A stretch of 64,000 nt of DNA from Octopus sinensis (Eukaryota). Below the pieces are notes generated by a model. The model had not been told where the DNA came from. It worked only from the letters and a program-made list of their open reading frames with translations, and did not search any database. Shown piece after piece: positions 26,767 through 39,899 of this stretch. The DNA is taken from assembly GCF_006345805.1 (NCBI RefSeq), contig NC_043013.1, forward strand, positions 45,136,001-45,200,000. Reading direction: 5' to 3'. Position numbers and translations under genes: made by a program. The first letter of the stretch is position 1. Every line of letters begins with the position of its first letter.

Positions 26767-28254
26767 CAATGGAAATTGTAGTTGTGATACCAGTGCTGGT
26801 GGCACGTAAAAGAACCATCCGACTGGTCTCCGTGCTGCTGGCATGTAAAAAGCACCAACCGATCGTGGCCGTTGCCAGCCTCACCTGGCACCTGTGTTGG
26901 TGGCACGTAAAAAGCACCCACTACACTCACGGAGTGGTTGGCGTTAGGAAGAGCATCCAGCTGTAGAAACACTGCCAGATCAGATTGGGCCTGGTGCAGA
27001 CTCCAGGCTTCCCAGACTCCGGTCAAACCGTCCAACCCATGCTAGCATGGAAAACGGACGTTAAACGATGATGATGATGATGATGATGTATATATACAAT
27101 ACAAGGTGCTATGTAAAAAGTACCTGTGCTGGTGCCAAAAAGCACACACTACACTCTGTAAAGTGGTTGGCATTAGGAAGGGCATCCAACTGTAGAAACT
27201 TGTGAAAACAGACAATTGGAGCCTGGTGCAGCTCTCTGGCTTGCCAGCTCCAGTCAAGCTGTCCAATTCATGCCAGCATGGAAATTGGACGTTAAATGAT
27301 GATATATAAAAGGAGAACATTTTATTCAAGTCAAACCTGTGCCAGCATGGAAAAAATGGATGTTAAACTAGTGAATGAATGTAGTTTGCAACAAGTAATT
27401 AACTATAAAAATGATTATTTAACATCCATGGATATTCTACCAGTACCCACTAGTTGGCGGTAGCTTAAATATCAAATATATACTTAAGTCCCCTAATACC
27501 TTTAACTTTAAAAAAAAAATTTTTTTAAACCTATTATTTTTTCAATGACTTTATATATCTTCTATAAGGAACATTTCAGAGTCAGAAAGCCAAAAAGATC
27601 TATTACCAAACAAAGAGTGCCCCGATACAAAATCCTTGAAGAAAAAAGTTATCATTTAAGATGAATGATATTTACAACATATAGAAAATAACAACCAAAG
27701 AGCTATTGGTTTTGAATGTTCCAGTAATGTCAAAAATTTTAATTAGAATCAAAAGTGGACAGTCTTGAATTAGCACAATGCATTATAGTCTGTTGTTGCA
27801 AGGAAAAAAGAAGTAAGGGTCAAGTTTGATCCATACAACCCGAGTGATGTTTTTTGTTTGCTTATGGTATTTTACAGTCAATTCCAAATAAATTAGGAGG
27901 GATGGTTAGTTTGGTAATATCTACTGTTGTCTTGCTTGCTTGTCTCAAGTATGGGAATAACTGCAACAACTCTGAATTTGAGCCATGATTACAGTACGTA
28001 ATCCAATGTAGTGTAATTTCCTTAGCTTGGAATGGAATGGAGTTTCATAGTGATGGCTCTACAACAAATTAAGGTAAGTGATACCAGCTCCATAAATCTA
28101 TAACTATGAGGTTAAATTGCAGCAATAATCTCAATTCAGCTTTTACATTTGAGAAATGAGCAATCTAGAGAGAGAATGGTAACAGTTTCAGTGTGCAGTT
28201 TTAGGATGACCTCTAATATAGTGATGATAACTTCCCCAAACTGAAGATAATTGC

Positions 28255-28597
28255 TGGACCATCTTGGCTTCCGTGCCGCTGGCACGTAAAAGAGCACCAT
28301 TTGAGCATGATCGTTACCAACATCGCCTTACTGGCACCTGTGCTGGTGGCATGTGTAAAAAGATTCGAGCGAGGTCGTTGCCAGTACCGCCTGACTGGCC
28401 CCCGTGCCGGTGGCACGTAAAAAGCACCCACTACACTCTTGGAGTGGTTGGCATTATAGGAAGGGCATCCAGCTTTAGAAACTCTGCCAAATCAAGATTG
28501 GAGCCTGGTGCAGCCATCTGGTTCACCAGCCCTCGGTCAAAATCGTCCAACCCATGCTAGCATGGAAAGCGGACGTTAAACGATGATGAAGATGATG
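28255..28597 (-). mobile_element. SINE/short retroposon family 3 with (GAT)n end; further copies at ~4530-4885, 13390-13530, 26780-27305, 29460-30005, 32680-32870, 34555-34775, 36030-36190, 49312-49482
   Basis: GTGCCGGTGGCACGTAAAAGCACCCACTACAC...GGAAGGGCATCCAGCT.TAGAAAC...CCCATGCTAGCATGGAAAGCGGACGTTAAACGATGATG. Confidence 0.82.
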
Positions 28598-28738
28598 TAT
28601 GCAGATGTATATAGATAGGGTGAAACAGAGGCTGCAAAGAATCAGTGATTGTCATTGATATTTATCTTCACTATCTGCTGCTGTGGCCTAAAATTCCTTT
28701 GTTCGGAATATCTAGTTGATGGTTTCACTAGTTGTGAC

Positions 28739-28820
28739 TTATGAATCATCTTCCCAGATATCACTACTTGCGGTGTCAAGACAAACTTCTATGTGTGTAC
28801 TTCTTGCCCTCAGGGTCATC
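28739..28820 (-). CDS. FAAP20: FAAP20-like terminal coding exon (second half of UBZ finger)
   Basis: ttttcttttttcCAG acceptor; phase 2; (Q)MTLRARSTHIEVCLDTASSDIWEDDS*; His and Cys sit at the human spacing C-x2-C-x15-H-x3-C; total CDS 831 nt = 276 aa. Confidence 0.87.
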
Positions 28821-30754
28821 CTGGAAAAAAGAAAATAATACCAAGATAAAACAAAAAGTAAAATGTAAATGAAACAAATACTGACAATACAAAACATTTT
28901 GGATTGCTTCTTATCTACTAATATAATTGACAGTATATCTCATCTATGTTTGTCCATCCTCCTGATGTATGTATCAAAGGCAATTAGCTGCTGTGATACT
29001 TTCAGTATTTCTAGAAACACTGACAGACAGATCATTTTGTTAGCTGGACACAGAATAGAAATCTATGTTACAATTTTAATAGTCCATATATAGCATACAT
29101 TTACATGGCTTAGAGGTTAGGATACTCAGCTCACAATTGTAAGTTCATGGGTTTGATTCCTGGTAGCATGTTGTGTCCTTGAGCAAGACACTTTATTCCA
29201 CATTACCCCAGACCACTCAGCTGGCAAATATGAGTTGTACCTGTAATTCAAAGGGGACCAGGCTTGTCACATTCTGCACCATGCTGAATCTCCTTGAGAA
29301 CTACATTAAGGGTATGTTGGTGTGTGGAGTGGTCAGCCACTTGTTCGTTAATTTCACAAGTAGGCTGTTCCATTGACTGGATCAGCTGGAAACCTTGTTG
29401 TCATAACCAACAGAGTCCAGTTTGTTAAATGATAAAGAGAGACATGAATTTTATTCAATTCATCATCATCATTATCATCATTTAACGTCCGCTTTCCATG
29501 CTAGCATGAGTTGGACGATTTGACTGAGGTCTGGCGAACCAGACTCCAATCTGATCTGGTTATTTTCGTTATTTTAAATGCACTTTACTGCAACTAATTA
29601 ATTATATAAACTGGCCATTGCTGCCTGACTGGCACCCATGCTGGTGGCATGTAATAAGCACCATTCAAGCATGGGTCAATGCCAGTGTCGCCTAACTGGC
29701 TCCCCGTGCCGGTGGCATATAAAAAGACTATGCGAAGGTGATCGATGCCAGTGCCCCCAACTGGCTCCCATGCTGGTGGCATGTAAAAATCACTGTCTGA
29801 ACGTGGCTGATGCCAGTGCCACCTGACTGGTTCTCATGCCAATAGCATGTGAAAAGAACCCACAACACTCTTGGCATTAGGAAGGGCATCCAGCTGTAGA
29901 AACCATGCCAGATCAGATTGGAGCCTGGTGCAGCCTCCTGGCTTGCCAGTCCTCGGTCAAACCGTCCAACCCATGCCAGCATGGAAAGCAGACGTTAAAC
30001 GATGATCCCCAGGATCCACTTGTGATACAATATTTAATACTTAATAGAAACAATATGCACAAAATACAAAATATAGGACATGAAATGTACTTTAGTCTCT
30101 TCTTTTTGGTCATGGTGCTTTCATGCATCCCCATGATTCTCTATAACCATCCAATTCCATTATTTTGAATTTGAATTAGAAGCTTAAGCCATAGCGAACC
30201 TTTCATTAGCTGATTACACAATAATGGATGCCACCCCTATGGATGAATTGCAGTTACTCTTTTGAGAGAGCTTGATGACCCTGACCTTTGATCTTCTAGG
30301 ATTCCTCTACTCAGCATCAATGTAAAAAGCAGAGTTGGCTCAATTGAGCGCTTCCCTTCAGAATTTGCCATGCTACACTCCTCTGGCTTTGCCATATCCC
30401 TCAGCCTTCATCAAAAACTATACAACCCATGACTATCCTGCATTATTTTAAAGTATAGTGTAATCCAGACTAGATTATCCATTGTCTTTCCTCTTTTTTT
30501 TTTAGAGATAGTAGGATTAGTTTAAAAATGATATGGTAGCTATTTCTAGCGTATCCAGCAATTTCAAAGAAACCACTTTGTTAGAAAGTTTCAAATTTAT
30601 AAGGAATTTGTGATTGATGCCTTTCTCAAAGCAGTGCAGTAAAATATCTGCCAACTGAGAAATAGAACTAGCAGTTCAACAGTATTTACCTAATTTAGTA
30701 ATCATGTAATAAGTACATTAACAGTAATATTCAGTATATAACAAGTTGCTATTT

Positions 30755-31150
30755 CTTTATTGCCCACAAGGGGCTACACACAGAGGAGACAAACAAGCAC
30801 AGACAAAGGAATTAAGTCGATTACAACGACTCTAGTGTGTAACTGGTACTTAATTTATCAACCCCGAAAGGATGAAAGGCAAAGTTGACATCGGCAGAAT
30901 TTGAACTCAGAATGTAGGGGCAGACGAAATACCTATTTCTTTACTACCCACAAGGGGCTAAACACAGAGGGGACAAACAAGGATAGACAAAGGGATTAAG
31001 TCGATTACATCGACCCCAGTGCGTAACTGGTACTTAATTTATCGACCCCGAAAGGATGAAAGGCAAAGTAGACCTCAGTGGAATTTGAACGGCAGATGAA
31101 ATACTGCTAAGCAGTTCGCCCAGTGTGCTAATGTTTCTACCAGCTCGCCG
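30755..31150 (-). mobile_element. SINE family 2, two stacked copies
   Basis: CCCACAAGGGGCTA.ACACAGAGG at ~30763 and ~30947. Confidence 0.82.
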
Positions 31151-31380
31151 TTGTACAAGTTGTATTGTTTTGTTATACATATACACAGTGTGCTTTTAAA
31201 GAAGATTGAACATATATCTCTCACAGATAACAGATAGCTTCTTGTTAATATTTGTTCATGTTGCTAAGATAGTCATGTCTTCTGTACAACCAGATGAACA
31301 CCCACAATCCTGTTTCCCTGCTAAATTAGACATGCCCGTTTAAATTAACATTGTGTATGCTGTAATAAATCCATACTTAC

Positions 31381-31630
31381 TGAGGTGAGAAAACTTCCTG
31401 ACAGATTGGACATTGTTTGATCAATGAAGATTCCCCCTGTTGGTTATTGTCTGATGAACTGCTGTTTTGAGCATTAGGCAAAGGAAATAAGGTCTTTGCC
31501 ACTGCTTTCCCATTAGTTTCTTTGTTGACGATTGGCTTTGGTTCCACTGGTGATTGACAAGTGAAGAGATCAGGACTAATCATACAATCTGGTTTCTTCA
31601 CATCAAGTAAACTGCGTTGGTGAGGTGTAC
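31381..31630 (-). CDS. FAAP20: FAAP20-like coding exon 4 (first half of UBZ finger)
   Basis: tttctaaaAG acceptor, GTAAGT donor; 250 nt, phase 1/2; ends LIKQCPICQEVFSP (recalled human LRSCPMCQKEFAP). Confidence 0.87.
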
Positions 31631-32239
31631 CTTTTAGAAACAAACATTAACATGAAATTTCGGGGCAATATAATTACAAGATACCAAACTTATAAGAAAG
31701 TGGGAATTGAAACTGTACATTGTACATGTACTTATGGGGTAACAATAAAATGATGTAGTTACAACCCCTTTTGCCAAATTCCTTTATTTTACTTAATTAA
31801 TAACATGTATATTCATATCATTAACCTTAAATTTAAACATACTTAAAAATAATAAAACTTTCTAGTTACAAAGGGGTACACACTCAGCTAAATGGAAATT
31901 TACTCTGTAGAGCTTGTCAAACCATGAAAGTATATTGCTTTCAAATTTTGGCACAAGGCCAGCAAGTTTGGGGGAAGGGATAAGTCATATACATTTGACC
32001 CCCAGGGCTCAATTGGTATTCATTTTATCAACCCCCAAAAGGATGAAACGCAAAGCTGACTTCAGCAGAAATTGAACTCAGAATGTAAAGATGGACAAAA
32101 TGTTGCTAAGCATTTTGCCTAGCATACTAATGATTCTGCCAGCTTGCTGCCTTAAATCATTAGAATTTATTAACATTTGCTTTCCTATTGGTTAAATCAG
32201 GCATGGGCTACCTTTTTCTAGCAGTAGACCTTATGATGT

Positions 32240-32611
32240 TTCCCTGGGCATGGATTCACTGAAGCTCCGGCGTCTGGCGACGGACTTGGTAAACACCCAC
32301 AAAGTTATCAACCACCTCACCAACAACAACACTGAACACCTTTTTGATCTCCATGTGTCTAACACACGTGGACATGCCTACAAAGTCAGAAAACAACACA
32401 GCTCCCATGACTTTCGGAAACATTTTTTCACGCTCAGAGTTGCTGAAGCATGGAATAAACTGCCTGCGTCAGTTGTTGACTGCCATGACTCTGCATCCTT
32501 TAAGGCCCTCATGCTTTCCGAAATCCGCCGAAACTACACCTGATTATACATACACTTTAGATGAGTTGTAGTGCACTTGAGCACTGTACACAATTATTAT
32601 TATTATTATTA
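32240..32611 (+). mobile_element. CR1/L2-group LINE 3' end with (ATT)n tail
   Basis: SLKLRRLATDL...TRGHAYKV...RKHFFTLRVAEAWNKLPASVV...FK, typical ORF2 C-terminus, followed by an ATT repeat. Confidence 0.85.
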
Positions 32612-33315
32612 TATATATATTTAATATAAATTAGGGAACATCAATTTACCATATGTAATACCATATGTAATACAGTTATGTTGGCATGAGTTGGATGGTT
32701 TAACTGGAGCTGCACCAGGTTCTATTCTGTTTCAGCATAGTTACTACAGCTGGATGCCCTTCCTAATGCCAACCACTTTGCACAGAATTCTGGGTGCTTT
32801 TCATGTGGCACCAGCACCAGTACTTTTTACATGGTACCATCATCAGTGCTCATGTGGCACCAGCACTAAGACTTGAAATTGTTAAAATTAATAGTCAGAC
32901 CTAAAAATCACGTTACAAAACCTTATTAGTATGCTACGGAAAAGATATTATATATACCATTCGCATAGACTTAAAAGGCTGAGAACCACAGGTTGCTACA
33001 TCTGTTTGTGATGGTTCTATAAATTCAGACAAATTTATCTACATGCAGTTGTGATGGACAGCAAACATATCTAGCTTAGAGTTGTCCACTGAGGGCTGCC
33101 GTCACCACATCAGGAAACAAAATGTTTAAAGCCACATATACAGAACAAATATTCTGGTGTATACACACAAATGGGAGGTTTATGATATACTTGCAATGCA
33201 TATAATACAAGTAAGAAATACTATTTGTTATGTTAAGCTCAGATATGAAACCATAAAGAAATGCATTTCATATTGTTTTCTTCTATTTCCTATAACTTTT
33301 ATTTACCATCGTTCA

Positions 33316-33647
33316 TCTCTCTTTATATAAACAGTAAAATATCTGCGTGTGTGTCCTTTATACAAATCCACATTTTTTCAGTTAGAGAGCTCGCACTTTC
33401 TATGGTCATTCAAAACCGTCCAAGGATGGTCGTGCACATCTTTACATTTCCCCAGTCACCCAGCAAAGCCATTAAAAAATCAATAGAAGTGACTTTTTTG
33501 TGAATTTTCTATCCAAAACCCAATCAAAATGCCCGAAGCTTGATACACCAATTGAATGCCAGCTAGCTGTATGTGATTGGTCGGAGATTTGGACAGTACT
33601 TGCGTGTATGTGCGCACGCAGCTGTATATGCCGGGTCATAGTGCTAG
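33316..33647 (+). mobile_element. Non-autonomous Helitron, family A (hairpin half deleted)
   Basis: A|TCTCTCTTTATATAAAC...CCGGGTCATAGTGCTAG|T; body matches the other two copies. Confidence 0.82.
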
Positions 33648-35223
33648 TATTTGATAAATTTATATACTCACCTGTACACTAGTGTGATACATCTCATAGG
33701 GGTTAGCACTGAGCAAGTTCTTCAGGTGTAAAAATATTATAGAATTGATGCAGAATCAAACTGCGCAAGATGTTTAAGATAAACGTCTCTTATGCTCTTT
33801 TATAACACTAAGTAGATGAGAGGAATAATTACCTCAGGTAACATTCTCAAAAAAGCTGATACCTTATTCCAACAATTACGTGAAGTGATTTATGCAAAAT
33901 CAAATACAAATATAAAATGAAACCTGTAGAGGACTTGAATGCAAGAATTTATGTTTGTTGTCCAACATCATATCTGTGGAGGCACATGGCCTAGTAGTTA
34001 GAGCAGTGGACTCGCGGTCGAGGGATTGCGGGTTCGAATCTCAGACCGGGCGATGTGTGTGTTTATGAGCGAAACACCTAAGTTCCACATGGCTCCGGCA
34101 GAAAGTAATGGCGAAACCTCTGCTGACTCTTTTGCCACAACTTTCTCTCACTCTTTCCTCCAGCATCTTGCAGCTCACCAGCAATGGACTGATGTCTGTC
34201 CAGGTGGGGAACCTATATGCCAAGAAACCGGGAAACCAGCCCTTATGAGCCAGGCATGGCTCGAGAAAGAACAGAAAAAAGAAACAAAAAAAAAACATCA
34301 TATCTACTAGTCTAGTTCCCTTGTAATAGAAGTCTGATATTCAAATGTAAAAGAACAATTCCTTACTTATATTTCATCTTTTTCACATTGAATACGTAAC
34401 ATTTTAAGCTGACTGTCAATACTTCAGGCTTGAATTCAGCTTGCCCTGTCACTCTGAATTCTTTCAAATACGATCAGGTCTGATTTTAGCTTAAATGTCA
34501 GGGTTTATTTTTATGCTTTTGTTATCAGATACATTCAGTACCCAGTTATAGGTCGGGAGGCCGTTACCAGTACCGCCTGACTGGCCCTCGTGCCGGTGGC
34601 ACGTAAAAGCACCCACTACACTCTTGGAGCGGTTGGCATTAGGAAGGGCATCCAGCTGTAGAAACTCTGCCAGATCATATTGGAGCCTGGTGCAGCCATC
34701 TGGTCTGCGAGACCTCAGTCAAATCATCCAACACATGCTAGCATGGAAAACGGACATTAAACAATGATGATGAATGAACGATGAAAGCATAAACACTTGC
34801 AGTTTTCCCTCTTCCCTACCAACACACACACACACACACACACAACCCCTATCCTAAACTGCTTTTAAAACGATTACTGCCAAAGTAGCTTAACCCTTTC
34901 ACATTCAAATTACTCTGAAAAATGTAATACTTATTTATTCACATTGCTTTGAATTAATCAATCAATAGCTTTGAGATTTCAATGATGTGAATGTTTTTAA
35001 AGTGACATTGTAGTGTAAGTGTAAGAGGCCAGATCTGGCCAATTTGAACACAAAACAGGCTGAATAGTTTTGCTGGACATGACCACTTTGAATGCTAAAG
35101 GATTACTCTACCGTTGGCTTTGAGTCACTTTGTTATCGGTATTTACAACAGAAAAAATTTTTGTCTAGGCAACAGAAACTGTCTATTTCATCTACATCGT
35201 AATTATTAGTAGCACATCTTTAC

Positions 35224-35470
35224 CTGGATTGAAATTTGATAGTTTTTCAATGCAATTTGATTGGTTGTTATTTAAATGTTCTTGGTGAAAATGATTGATA
35301 AGTTGTGAAAAAGTACAAGCATCATTTGTTTCAGAAGAACCGGCATTTAGTTGATCTGTGATTCCACAATGAACATCTGTAGCACAGTTGGAACAGAATT
35401 CTGGAAACGGTGTCCATTTCGATTCATAATTATTCAACGCTTCATTATGACTGCATTCAACATTATTAAC
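35224..35470 (-). CDS. FAAP20: FAAP20-like coding exon 3
   Basis: T-rich tract plus AAG acceptor, CAG|GTAAAG donor; 247 nt, phase 0/1; contains SKWTPFP (recalled human FSWTPFP). Confidence 0.82.
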
Positions 35471-38089
35471 CTTCAGAATTAAAAAAAAAAAAGAGAAAAG
35501 AAATAAGTTGTCATATGGGAACAAAAACAAAGCAATCCCATTTTGGAGGCTGTAAATATTTTAATTAGCGTTGATGCATTAGCATATGAAAATGGTGAGG
35601 CTCTTTTATCTTTTAACTGTTTTAGTTACTGGAGTGCGACCATGTTGGGACACTGCCTTAAAAGGTTTAATCGAATAAATTGACATCAGAACTTATTTTT
35701 TCTATCAGTTTCTTTTGCCAAACTAATAAATTATAGGAATATAAACAAACCAACACCAGTTGTGGTGGGGAGATAAACACAAACACATACACACATCTCT
35801 ACAATGGACTTCCACAGTTTTCTGTCTACCAAATTCACTCATGAGACGTTGGTTAGCTTCAGTAAAAGACACTTGCCCATGGTGCTACACAGTGTCACTG
35901 AATTCCAAAACCCCATGGTTGCAAAGTGATCTTCCTAGCCACATATCCATGCTTGTACCTATAAATGATGTGCCTAACCCACCACAACAGAATTGAGATC
36001 TTAAAACCAAGGTACCACATAGAAAGCACTGGGATGGGTGCTGGGGCTGCCTAAAAAGCACCCAGTACCCTCTGTAGAAGCCAAGCCAAAACAGACTATG
36101 GAACCTGGTGCAGATCCTGGTCTTGCCAGTTCCTGTCAAGCTGTCCAACCCATGCCAGCATAGAAAACGGACGTTAATGAGGATGATGATTGAAAGTTAA
36201 GTTGAGATTTGATAGAAACTTGAATGCTCATAAGAGACAAAATTTGGCATCAAGTGAAAGAAGTTGTACCTAATTAATATACATTCGTTACTTGAGGTGA
36301 AATGCATCAAAGGATAACACTGTATTTTCTCTAGAGATGAACTAGGTTCAATAGTAAAATTTTTATTATTATAGTAAAGTTCATTTAGGTTGCATGGGGC
36401 TAATTAGAAGATAAGATAATGAGTGAAGTCATAGAGATACTGTTGTTGTTATTGTTATTCATTTAACATGATCAAGCCTGCTTGAGTAAACACACAGTAA
36501 TTGAAAACTTAAACAAAATTTTAATATTTTTACCTTTTGCTCAGTTTACCTGGATTTACCTGTAATTAGAGTCACTTTGAGACAAAAATTATGCAATAGA
36601 ATTGATTAAGAACCCTTTCTTCAATTATGTTCCAAATATCACATTAATATGTGGACAAGTAAAAAAGTTACAGTTGTTTAATGAAACTAGTCTAAATTCA
36701 TGATTATTTTAGAATTTAATTGAAACTCATGAGGGGTGTATTTTGGTCAGAAATATAGTAACGAAAGGGTTAAGGATGGTCTGCAGATCGAGTAACAAAT
36801 ATATAAAACTACAATGTTACTAGCATGAGAATATGACTTGCAGCACTGGGTTAACCATTAAGCAAAATAAACACATGCTTAAGGCATCAAAGGAAGTGGG
36901 GTGCCACAAAAATGGTAAATGGTTTAAACTTGCTTAAATAATATTTGAAGTGGTTTGCGGGAAGGACTGTTTCAACGAAGTTGCGTATTGTCCTTGCATT
37001 CGAAACACGGTGTAGATGAAACAGGGACAACTGATGAAGGGGAATGTTCTTTATGTTGATTGCCTTGTTTCCCTGTTTGTTTGTTTTTTTCATTGTTCGA
37101 AAAAAGTTCGTTTTTTATGTTTTCGTTTCTCATTGTGTTCAACGTTTTTTTGGTGTCCTGTACCCATATATGCATGTATATATACAGGTATGTACATATA
37201 TGTATGTATATATGCATATATTTATATATTATTTATATTATTATATGTGTGTGTGGGGGGCGTGCGTGTCTTTGTGTCTGTCCCCAACCACCGCTTGACA
37301 ACTGGTGTTGGTGTGTTTACATCCCGTAACTTAGCAGTTTGGCATTAGAGACCAACAGAATATGTAGCAGGCTTAAAAAAAAATTGAGTATAGGGATCGA
37401 TACATTTGACCAGTAATTCTTCAAGGCGGTGCTCCAGCATGGCTGCAGTCTAGTGCCTGTAATAAGTAAAAGACCAAGCACCAGAGCTGATTCTCCTTTC
37501 TCTCTCAGAAGTAATGTTGCATCATGAGAAACATCAAGGGGAACTACTCCCAATTTTCATTTCTAGTTGAGTAAGGGATTAGTCACAGCTTATAGGAAAA
37601 CGCCTATGTTACTGAAAAACATTACTGCAAAGAACAGACCAATGTGTTTTATAGCATGAAACGGTAATAAAACATAACAGAACTACATTTTCTGTGTAGT
37701 TAAGCATTGTAACGATAAAAACAGATTTCTGAGTTTCTTATCCATTAGAGATGTACTTGCATAGCAAGTGATTTGATCTGAGATCGTGTGCTGGAACGAA
37801 AACAATTGCAGCGTGGAAGGTGCTTATAAGCCATTTAAGAAACACACAAAAGCCGTTCGATTCACTTCAACATTTAAGTTTAATTTGTCAAAATATTTTC
37901 GTCGCTATAAGACCGCGACCTGTTCACTGACAAAAATATTTCTTAAATGGCTTACAAACACCTTCCACGCTGCAATTGTTATCCATTAGAATATGTAAAC
38001 ATTGCAAATGAGAAGATTCGGCTACTTTAACCACTGATTCAAGAAAGTATGAAAAATAAAATGTTCTAGTCGTAAATATTATTTAGGTA

Positions 38090-38440
38090 AGAAAATGGCG
38101 TTGAGACCCCCTTTGGTCATGACTGACCGTGGGATTGCACCTAGAAAGTTACCCTTCCAGGCACAAGTCCAGGCAAGGTTATTTATGGAAGACAAGCAGT
38201 CGCCCATGCATACCGACCTCCCCTCTCCACGCCACCAGTGTTATCCAAGGGAAAGGCAAAGGGGCCGATACAGCTTGGCACCTGTGACGTCGCAACTCAT
38301 TCTTACAGCTGAGTGAACTGGAGCAACGTGAAATAAATTGTCTTGCTCAAGAACACAACACGCAGCCCAGTCTGGGATTCGAACTCACAACCTCACGATT
38401 GTAAGCTCGACACTCTAACCACTGAGCCATGCACCTTCAC
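38090..38440 (-). mobile_element. tRNA-headed SINE family 4; related copies at ~780-1110(-), 29100-29420(+), 44345-44640(+); related heads at 33975-34270(+), 61710-61900(-)
   Basis: GGCTCAGTGGTTAGAGTG...GTGAGTTCGAATCCC...GTGTTCTTGAGCAAGAC...TTTATTTCACGTTGCTCCAGT.CACTCAGCTG. Confidence 0.75.
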
Positions 38441-39602
38441 AATGGTGTATGGCAAAGAAATATATATATTTCACACTGGCATACATCCACACTATAGTGA
38501 AAGGTTATAGTCAACTGCAGTCACATTAGTATATGATTCTTGGAACAGAGTTCCCTCAAATGAGTTCTTTGAAACCTCTCAGTTACAAGAAAAAATTTAT
38601 GGGGTTCTATGAGATAAGGTGCCAACCCTTTAGCATTCAGATTACTTTGTCAAATGTAATATTCATGTATCCATATTGTTTTGAATTACTCATGCATTGT
38701 CTTGTAGGTTTGAGATTTCAATGACGTTGATTGTGTAATTTTAGAATAACATTGTAGGGTAGGCATGAAATGCCAAATCTGGCCAATCTGAACATAAAAC
38801 AAATTTAGGCTGGATATGGCCAGTTTAAATGCTAAAATAAAGTCAAAAATGTTTGTCCTTTACTCTGACCACAGAAAAGTCTACAACAGAGTTTCATCAT
38901 CGATTAAATGCTTGTATGGGTAAGACAGAATTTGTTGAGGTAGCTTTTCTATGGCTGAATGCCCTTCCTGTTGCTAGTCTTCCAATGCTTCCAAGCAAAG
39001 TCACGTTTCCCTATAACCAGATGTGTTTTTCACAGAAAACTGGAAATCTCTTGTGTGATGGTGACACTAGTTTGCAACCATCATGTGATGTCAAGACAAG
39101 GGTACACAAAAACACACACACATACATATATACATAAGGACTGAACCCCAAATTACATGGTTGCAAAGCAAGCTTCTTAACCACACAGCCACATCTGTGT
39201 CTTATTTCAAATTTTGGCACAAGGCCAGTAATTTTAGGAATGACAGTCCACTGCAGGACGAAGGCCTCAGCATGTTCTCTCCACAATAGAATGACTTGAG
39301 ATGTAACTGGTTTTATGAGCCCATTCTGCCACATTAGCTCAACATGGCTTGGCAGAGGGATGCAGTTTTTTATACTCTTACCCAGGAGTAGTTAAGTTGA
39401 TTACATCGATCCCAGTGCACAACTGGTACTTATTTTATCAACCCACAAAAAGATGACAGGCAAAGTTGGCCTCAGCAGAATTTGAACTCAGAACATAAAG
39501 ACAGATAAAATGTTAAGAATTTTGCCTGGCATGCTAACAATTCTGCTAGCTTGCCATCCTTGTAACACTTTTGAAAATATTAAAAAGAAAGATCTCTGTG
39601 AC

Positions 39603-39717
39603 CTTGAAAACTGGGAATTTAGAGAACTGAGGTGGCTGCACATTAGCATGAAGATCTTGTAGCTGCTGCCGTAACTTCTTGAAAATATCATTTTGTCTGC
39701 CATTAGATGTAAAAGAA
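39603..39717 (-). CDS. FAAP20: FAAP20-like coding exon 2
   Basis: tttgtttttCAG acceptor, AAG|GTCACA donor; 115 nt, phase 2/0; SSFTSNGRQNDIFKKLRQQLQDLHANVQPPQFSKFPVFK aligns loosely to the FANCA-binding segment (LWAELLRTV...PSLPAFP). Confidence 0.75.
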
Positions 39718-39899
39718 CTGAAAAACAAAAAATAATATTTTATTAATCACGTTGAACTTAAGAAAACTCTCGTATATTTTTGTTGTCCTACTTAAAGATA
39801 GTATTTGAAAAGTTTATATTAGTTCATATTAGCTGGTCACTTTGTTTGAGAACTTTAGCTTTTCAAGATTGTCACTTAAAGATTTACTAACGTAATCAA

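Noticed and set aside
33978-34055. tRNA-like sequence with A and B boxes
   Set aside because: Continues into a SINE body and has no proper acceptor stem; a SINE head, not a tRNA gene
36985-37050. Permuted hammerhead candidate (CGAAACACGGTGTA...CTGATGAAGGGG)
   Set aside because: Stems I and II cannot be paired in the required register
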